Source of the DNA: Epiperipatus broadwayi
Lineage: Eukaryota; Animalia; Onychophora
DNA length: 64,000 nucleotides
Direction: 5' to 3'
Assembly (NCBI GenBank): GCA_028023455.1
Contig: JAQFVV010000005.1
Location: 12,152,001 to 12,216,000, forward strand
Made by a program: the position numbers and the translations under genes. The notes beneath the pieces were generated by a model. The model was not told where the DNA came from. It saw only the letters and a list, made by a program, of their open reading frames with translations, and made no database searches. Shown one piece after another: positions 55,531 through 64,000 of the stretch (position 1 is the stretch's first letter; every line of letters begins with the position of its first letter).

Positions 55531-55572
55531 TAATAAACATCACACAATCACCATGAGAGTTTTGCCTGTTTT
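55531..55572. mobile_element. Family A mini-insertion (two ends only)
   Basis: AATAAACATCACACAATCACCA joined to GAGAGTTTTGCCTGTTTTAA; degenerate flanking repeat TTTAGTAAAAAGAAGGTGA / TTTAATAAAAGGAAGTTGA. Confidence 0.65.
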
Positions 55573-56930
55573 AATAAAAGGAAGTTGAAAATAAACTATT
55601 TATGAATCACAATTCAATCTTGTCACTGGTGCTTTTGGAATAGATGGGCAGTTGTGGAGATGAAGATGAAGAACTCATCCTAACTGACCACTTCTAAGGT
55701 CAAATTTTTTATGAACTCCCAGTCAATAAACTATTTGGTTATATATATATATATTAAGGCATATTAGAGGTCTTTGGCATATTTTTCTAATATCTACAAG
55801 CATTTTTTAAAGTATAGCAATGGTAATAATACTAGAGATATATTACTGCCTTTAATAATTAATAGTCAGTATTTGAGATATTAAAAAAGTTAATAAGATT
55901 AAAAACTTTAGAAAGTAGCATCATTTAAAACGTTTATGGTTTGGGAAAGGATTAAATAAATAATTAACTGGAAATATTTCCTTAACATTATTTTGTTAGA
56001 CAAAAATGTCAATAAATTTAGATAATAAAAATAATTGGTAAATTTAAAGCTTTGCTTAGTAATGATGGTGTCCGAGAATATGTAAGAATCATATGACCTT
56101 TCTTAACAAAACTTTTTTTATAAGTTTCAAAAAAATAAATGTCTTCTTTTATTGATGATTGCTTTAATTTTTTGTTATGCTACCACACAATGGAATTTAT
56201 TTTTATTGACACTTCTTTAGAAAATAGGTATGATATTCTATATCAAGTGGGTGTTTATGTTTTTAGCATGGCATTAAAATATTAAATATTATTTAATTTG
56301 CTCCAACCATCCACATAACTAATATAATAAAAAAATAATCAAATCATATTTCTTGTAAATAATCAAAAATCAAAATGACATGAAAATATCTTTAGCAAAT
56401 GAACAATGATTAAAAAAGAAATATCTTTAATAATTGTGATTAATATTAGCAAACATCCAGCAAGAAATAAAATTATCAAGAAATAAATTTCTTTTGGAAT
56501 GTTTGTATTGATGACACTCATTGAAAATATTGGCTTTCTATCATTGTTTGTTTGGTAACTATGTCACTTTTAGGTTTTCAAATATTTTATATTATTTTGT
56601 ATGTGTTGTATGTTTTTGGTTATGAAAGACATGAATCTTATATATTAGATTTTTCTTTGTTAGATTTATATTAGAATGATAACTCCATCATTGGGTAAAA
56701 TAAAAGATACATTTTTTACCACCCTATCATTTTTCATGTATGGAGGTCATATAATCTGAGTGACAAACCATTCTATTATTATTATATAGTAAAACTAACA
56801 TTTATACTATTCATTTACTCTTAGTGCAAATGTTTAAAAGAATTTGGAGTAAAATCATAAGTGTGGCTATCATGAAACAAATGAAGAGCTATATATATAT
56901 ATATTTTTTTTCTTTTCTCAACCTGTAGGT

Positions 56931-56955
56931 GATCATGTGATGTTTATTGGCTTAA
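56931..56955 (+). mobile_element. Family A 25-bp tail insertion, 11-bp TSD
   Basis: GATCATGTGATGTTTATTGGCTTAA flanked by AACCTGTAGGT (56920-56930, 56956-56966). Confidence 0.7.
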
Positions 56956-56969
56956 AACCTGTAGGTTAG

Positions 56970-59340
56970 TGGACCATACAGTTCATCAGCCTTTTTATTG
57001 TTGAATCATTCACAAATATATGGCAATTTTTTTTAACTGCATCCATATATTCTGTCCTTTACTGACTTTCCTCCATTAATCTTTTCAGAAACAATGTACA
57101 CCATTCTAAATATCTGATCACATCTCCAGATTAATTATATCTTCTTTGCTCATACTCATCACTTGCTCATTTCTTTTATCTTGGCTATTCATGGTGCTTT
57201 ACCTTCATCATGTAACACCAACACCACATCTCAAAAACTTAATTTGGTTTTTATATCTTTTGTATCCATGTTTCTGATCCATATGAGGATTTCTTTATGA
57301 AATATTTAATTGATGTGAAGATATATATTTTTAAATGTTAGTAATTCTCATTTCTTATTAAAAGCTTATTTGACTTATACAATTTTAATGTTTATATCTC
57401 TTCTATTTCTACCATCTGATGTTTTTAAACTTTCCAATCATATAAAAGCAATAATAAATGCTAGTCATTCCATCCACTTTGCTTTTATCTGATTTTCTTT
57501 TCTAGGATATTGCATTACTTTTATCTTTTATTAATTTTCATATACCACATTTTTTTCAACAAATCTTTGTTTCAAAAGACATTTATTTGTGCCTCATCAC
57601 CAACGGTTGAGAGGTTAGATGACTTACATTGCAACTTTATGTTCACTTAATATTATTTGTAGATTAGATCAAATCTCTGTTATGAAAACCATATCATCTA
57701 CAAAATGTAAAATATTAAATACTTTGCTATTTATTTTCAAACTTCCCTTTACATTATTGATAAATTCTCTCATTGCTTCTTTTTATAATTATTAAAAAGC
57801 AAAGATAATTGACCACATTCTTGTTTTACACCTTTTCTTATTTTATCCTCAATATCATTCTCTTTCAACAATAGCAATTTGGTTTTTATATAGACAATGT
57901 TAATTTTTTTATCTCTAACAGTTATTTTCACATTTCACAATGCCCTGATCATTATGTTCCAATCTATATCATTAAATACCTTTTCTATATTAACAAAAAA
58001 AAATTTAAAATTGTTTCCCTAATTCACCATATTTCTCTAAAACCCAAACTAATCATCTAACAAATTGTTTTGAATAATATCTTCAATTCACTGGTAATTA
58101 ATTCTAGTTAAAATCTTTAAAATATATGAAAGTAAATTCAAATTTCTGTACTCCTCACATTGTTTAGTTTCAATTTTTATGGTGGTGGGAAGTTGTTTAT
58201 GAATACACTTTTCAAAATCTGAAGTTTCCAATTACACACATTATTTAGTAATTTATAAATGTCTGTTATTGTTCTCCAAAGATTTCAATATTTCAGCTGA
58301 AATTTCATCTATTTTTCCTACTGCTTTCCTCGATCTCAATTTCTTAAAAGTTTTTTTAAAATTCAGACCTCAAAATTGATGGTTCCAACTCATTATAATC
58401 CACTTGAAATTCTTCTTCAGTCACTGATTTATTCACTTTATTTCCTCTATATAATTATTTTTTATATTCATGCTATTGTTCTTCAATTTTAACTTGATCA
58501 CTTAGCACTTTACAATCTTTGTTTCTAATTGTATTAAGGGTTTTTGAAATTTCAAAATCTAAATTGTCTTCTAATATCAGTATACATCCTTTTCATGTTT
58601 CAGCTTTTCATTCTTTTGTCTATCTTTCTATATAAATAAAATTTCACCCATTGTTCTCTTGCATTTCCAATTTCTATATTAGTTTGTAAGTTTCATATTC
58701 CTCTTCGACTTTTACCACTTTGTACTGATTCTGCTCTTCCATCATATTCAAATTTTCTTTTCCTTATTCACAGTTTGCATAGCATGTTTTCACTTTTTCC
58801 AAAACCCTTTTCTACTTTTTGAGTAATTTCCAATTTTCATTTATACTACCATAATCTATTTATTATCATATGAAAACTTGTAATTCATCCTTATGAAATT
58901 TAGCCGAGTTTCTATATTTGATCCTATCTTGATCAGATTCCACCTTTTCATAATCCCAAGTTTTTGACAGTCCATGTAATAGTTCAACATTATAATCAGA
59001 GTGCATCTCTGCCCCTGAATAATCTTTGCATAATATAATCCAATTGCAAAAACAATTTTGAAATAAAAATATTATCCAGTTATTAATATTTATTATCTCC
59101 TAGCATTTTCTGTATATTTATCTTCTTTATAGTTGATCAAAATATGTGTTTACAATAACAAAATAATTACTTCTAAAAATCTAATGTTTTTTTCTATTTC
59201 ATTTATGTCAATGTCAAAATTTCTCTATCTTCTCATTCTTCAGAAACTATAATGTTCCAATCTCCCATAATAATCAAGTGTTCTTGATTATTTAATGTCA
59301 TAAATACTTCTTCAATTTGCTCAAATACTTCTTGACCATG
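56970..59340 (-). mobile_element. RTE-clade LINE remnant (APE + RT, heavily frameshifted)
   Basis: QLDYIM / YSGAEMHSDYNV near 58990-59046. IRKGVKQECGQLSLLFN, GSLKINSKVFNILHFVDDMV at 57680-57845. Confidence 0.75.
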
Positions 59341-59366
59341 TTATTCATCTATGTAACTCATTGTTA

Positions 59367-59404
<38 letters not shown>

Positions 59405-60294
59405 TGTAATAATTCTTGGTTCTTGTTTTATTTTTGCCATTATTAATCTTTTATTATATCCTTATATGTATGTAACTCTTTGTTCCATGTTTTTAATACA
59501 AACTTAATATTCACTGATTCTTACTGGACAGTTTAATTACTCTTTATTCTCATTTCAAAATTCTTTATTATCTGGCCATCTTATCTCACTTATAATAATT
59601 ACTCTCATCTTCAGTACTTCAGCAGCTAATTATTTTTCTTACCACATTTATGCCACCTCATATAAGTTTTAGCAATTATAGTGTGTCAACTGAAATTTGG
59701 TGTAATTTCAGTATTTAGTGTAATATCAAGCATAATAAAAAAAATATTTTTGTTATTTTCTAATTAGTTTTAATAGGAAATGTATTATTCTAAGAGCATT
59801 GAAATAGATTGCTATGACAATGAATATTAAAGCAAGAAATGTGTTATGTTTGCAACATAAATTTATAAATTAATTCAATTCATTTATAATACATATACAC
59901 CTGGATCTCTTTTTGTGCAGATTTTTTTAATGCAATTTTGAAGTTATGCGATTCATGTTTCTTCTTAATATCTTTTTATGCACTTTTTTTTTATGCGATA
60001 GAAATTCATATTTCACTTAAAATGGGATTTCCCCATTTTATATACACACATTAAATTTTACATACTTTAAATGTCTGTTGGAAAAAAGTTTAGCAATAAA
60101 TTTAGATACCATAGAAGATGTAGAAAAACATAATGAAACAGAAGTGGAACATGTTCGCTTCACAGCAAAAATGATTCGAGAAAGTCTTCAACTTTCTAAT
60201 CAATTGGAAAATCATTTTCTTGTTAATGACACGAATTATGAATGAGCTCTTAAATTCCGAGAGCTAAATAGTTGTATGTCTGTGTATGTTTATA

Positions 60295-60446
60295 TTTTCT
60301 TTTATACACATGTACATGGAGAAACTTTTAGACAGAAAAAAGTTACAAGTAAAAATATTTTAAGAACTTTTAAAAGTTTTTAAATCGTTTTACTTGTAAT
60401 TTTTTTCTGTCTAAAAGTTTCTCCATATATATATATATAAAAGAAA
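60295..60446. repeat. About 150-bp palindrome nested in the Tigger-like element
   Basis: ATGGAGAAACTTTTAGACAGAAAAAA.TTACAAGTAAAA / its reverse complement, with a self-complementary centre. Confidence 0.85.
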
Positions 60447-60807
60447 ATTTAACCATTAGTCATTATTAACACACTTGTGGAAGCATGTTATATATATAGT
60501 TGCACTCATGGAAATGCATTCTCTAACAGCTAGACATAGTCTGGATATCATGAGCATCATAAACAATTAGTAAAATCATCTTACTGATTACATTGTTGCA
60601 GAAAATCATTAACACAGCATGAGACTGAAGTTGGTGCTAATTGTATTTCCTCTTGTGATGAATCTGATGTCTTACCAATTCACAAATGAACCACATATTG
60701 TCAAATAGCGCTAATGATTAAGAGATGTATGAAAAAATGTAAAATAAATTACACATAAAAACATTGTAATTATAAATTTATTTAAACGCACATTGATTAT
60801 ATAAGCA

Positions 60808-60949
60808 ATATTCATTAAGGCTGTAGCCTCAAGCACATGCATATGAAAATGCGATAGTAGGGACCTCTACAGGTCTTAAACCACCTGTAGAGATCCCTAC
60901 TATCGCATTTTTATACACATGTGCTTGAGGCTACAGCCTTATTGAATAT
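60808..60949. repeat. About 140-bp palindrome nested in the Tigger-like element
   Basis: ATATTCA.TAAGGCTGTAGCCTCAAGCACATG...CTCTACAGGT cttaaacc ACCTGTAGAG...CATGTGCTTGAGGCTACAGCCTTA.TGAATAT. Confidence 0.85.
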
Positions 60950-63900
60950 AAAAACATATTGTTTTGAATAAAATTAAATAGTTAATAAAAAAAGTAAAAA
61001 AAAGTTTGTCTTGTATCAATTTTTTTCAAATATTTGAAATTTTTTATTAGTCATACTTTATTTCCTTACTTTTTTTATGCAAATTTTAAAGTAATTTTAC
61101 CTTGTTGCTTTGGTTTTATGCAATTACAGGACATATCCCACATTTTTCAAGGTAAGTTAAGATTATTTTTATGCAATTTTTTTAATGCAGGTTTTCTGTG
61201 GAACCTATCTACCACATAAAAAGAGACCCAGATGTATCAATAATAAAATATATTTTGATAAAGTTATTAATATTTTATTTTCTGTATTCATAAGTAGTAG
61301 ATCATAAACATTACACATGAATATTTAATGTCCTTGATGTGTATGCTCTTATGTTTATATGATATGTGTAATATTTTATTGGAATAATATACATAAAGTA
61401 TATATTTCCATTGCAATATTGTGAAAATGTATAAATTGTTTTAGTTTGGGTTGAGTTAAAAACAGATTATTTGTGTTTTGAAATGTAAATATTTTTTATA
61501 TGTAATGATTATAAAATATTTTCTTTTATTATTGTTGTTGTTATAAAGAGATTTTAATTGTGGAACACAGGATGATTTTGGTATTTGAGTGAATAAAGAG
61601 TGTAACTTTAGTTTTGTTGATAAAAATGATGTCAATTGTAAGAGACTATAAATAAGACTGAATGATTTGAATTCACTCTCTAATATCCTAACTTTCATAG
61701 AAGCAAACTTAAGTTCTTTTATATATTTTTGATTTTATTTATTTTAAGAGTATTTTATTGATAACTACAAAATGATGGAGTAGAAAGAATTATATTTGCC
61801 CAGGAAACTGGATTGTATTGCCAAATACTTTTAAAAGAAAGATAAAAGTAATTTATGGCATTCAAATTCATCTTAATATTTTTCTGTTGAAAAATAATTG
61901 TTGCATGTGAACAAAGCATTTTAATAATGAAATATCAAAACTGATAACATACTGCTGCATATAAGAATCATTTCTATTGACAGATATTTTATAATATTGC
62001 TGGAGTATTTTAACATAGAATTTAAACCAATTTATTTCTCTGTTATATTGTTGTAAATGAAGACTAGCATTTGTTTATTCATAATGCCATTACAATATCA
62101 AAAGTTTGATAAATGGAGGATAAAAAAATACTTTGAGAATATTAGAATTTAACAAATAGACATTGTTTGGATAACTGTTTATGATACTTTTAACTTGTTT
62201 AGATTAAATTATAGCTCACAGAATAGACATTGGAACTGTTGTTTCTTTGAAAAGTGATGCAGGAGGACTGTGATCAGATTGCATGTTAACATATATTTTA
62301 TTTATAATATTTTGTAAATATTATTCATTACTGTATTTTAAGTTTGTTAATTATTTGTTTTTATATATATGAAATAAAAAAAAGTTAAACTTAGTTTAGA
62401 TTCGAATTTATATCCTAAATTTTAATGATTAAAACTTTGATTTGTTTATCTATTGACTGCTAATTACTTTCAGCTATACATGTTATAAATATTGAAAATC
62501 TGAAAGGATTGTATTATAACAATTACTTGTTGATATTCTATTTGGAAAATAATGTGAATGGATAGACAAACTTATTATTATATTTTATTTTAATCAATTA
62601 CTTTATTATGAATATTGTAGAATTATCATTAGCTTTCTTATATTTTAACATTTTTGTTGCACAGAAATTTTATATGTCATATATTAAACAGTGAATAGAT
62701 TATTTTTTCTCTATAAGCACCTATTTTTATTAACATTAATTTAGATGAAGAATAGATTTCATGATATTTAATTAGAGTGGATGTCACAAATGTTTATTGT
62801 CTATTTGTCGCTTCTTATATTTATTGTTAATAATTTTTTAATTCATTTAAAACAAATAAACTTGTTTTAGTGGTCATTTCAATTAATAATGCAAATCTAT
62901 TGGCTAATAAAATTTTAATATATAGTAGTTAAAGTATAGATTTCCATTATATATTTTATAATTAATCATAAAATAGTCCAGGAATCAAATGATTGGATTG
63001 ATAAGTGTATGTATTATTATGTATCATTTTCTCTATTATAAATATAATATATTGTCTTTTGAGCTAAGTATACATATTATATGATAATAGATTAATTAAT
63101 TTGTTATAATTAGATGTTTAATAATTAATTAGAAGATCACCATAATTATTTTGACAGTTATAGTTATTTTGGATAAAAAATGTATATCTGAAGTAGTTCA
63201 GTAGTTTATAAAGTATAAGTATATTGGTTATTTATGGTAAGCAAGTCAGTGCATTCTTTTAAACTTATTTATTGAATGTATATTATAGTAACATATTATT
63301 TAGTTAGAAAGATAGTAATTTCATGATGTTATAAAATTAGTAATTGCGTACATTGAAACTGGTATTTGAATTACATTAAATAGAATGGTTTAGCATAGAT
63401 TTAAAGCTCATTAGGGTATATTATATATTTAATTTAGATATTAAGCTTTTAATGTTACCATTTTCCTATAATCAAGTACCACTAGTACTATGCATATTAG
63501 GATAATTATGATTTAGGGTTTAATAACTTAGCTTTATTGATTTGAAGAATAATTCATTGTGATTTGCTAATCATATTTATGTAAGTATCTAATAAAAGTC
63601 TTTTCTATATTTTATGTCATTATGATTTGGATATTGTAAATTGTCAGGCTATTTGAAGTATTGACTTTCATTTTATATCATTATAAAATGGCAAAAATGG
63701 GAAGGAATGATAGATAAGTTGTTTTTGCATATTGTGTTTTATTATAGTTTTAGTATTGTAAACATTTTATTCCATTATAATTTGATGTTGTAAATTTATG
63801 AGGTTTTAAAAGAATTTTTTTTATATATTTTATTAATGATAAGTTAATGTGGCATAAATCTGTAGAATGACAAAAGTCTTACCACCATTAAGTATTTTTA

Positions 63901-64000
63901 TCCTATTACAATTGGTTTACCCAACAAAGGCATATTAGTATTTATGAGATAGTGTTGCTCTGTTAACATTATTTTCATTTTATTCTGTTGCAATTGGCTC

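Larger units (their letters stand above)
59898..61234 (+). mobile_element. Tc1/mariner (pogo/Tigger-like) deletion derivative
   Basis: TA|CACCTGGATCTCTTTTTGTG...CACATAAAAAGAGACCCAGATG|TA. Subterminal TTTTATGC(G/A) repeats. Internal residual frame ..FTAKMIRESLQLSNQLENHFLVND.. resembles a Tigger C-terminus. Confidence 0.65.

Noticed and set aside
1-64000. CRISPR arrays, tRNA/rRNA genes, telomeric repeats
   Set aside because: No regularly spaced repeat-spacer units, complete cloverleafs or telomere tracts. B-box hits (1270, 16270, 20900, 26570) are SINE-head fragments.

Overview
AT-rich, CpG-poor eukaryotic (arthropod-like) genomic DNA. Host content is an inverted pair of paralogous 9-finger C2H2 zinc-finger genes: an intact ORF at 10449..11351 (+) and a frameshifted copy at about 44901..47759 (-) interrupted by a Penelope-like element (PLE). 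The rest is mostly transposon debris: an RT+GIY-YIG PLE, two further GIY-YIG PLE 3' fragments, RTE and CR1/L2 LINE remnants, a truncated LTR retrotransposon, a solo LTR, a Tigger-like MITE, SINE-like pieces and many fold-back insertions. The most striking signal is a community of minimal type I hammerhead ribozymes (HHRs) in at least four unrelated repeat families. One is a non-coding 435-455 bp monomer family (family A) with 8 insertions, target-site duplications (TSDs) and head-to-head inverted ends. Other HHRs appear to replace the core C3-G8 pair with U3-A8 or A3-U8. All folds and alignments were done by eye and no activity has been tested.
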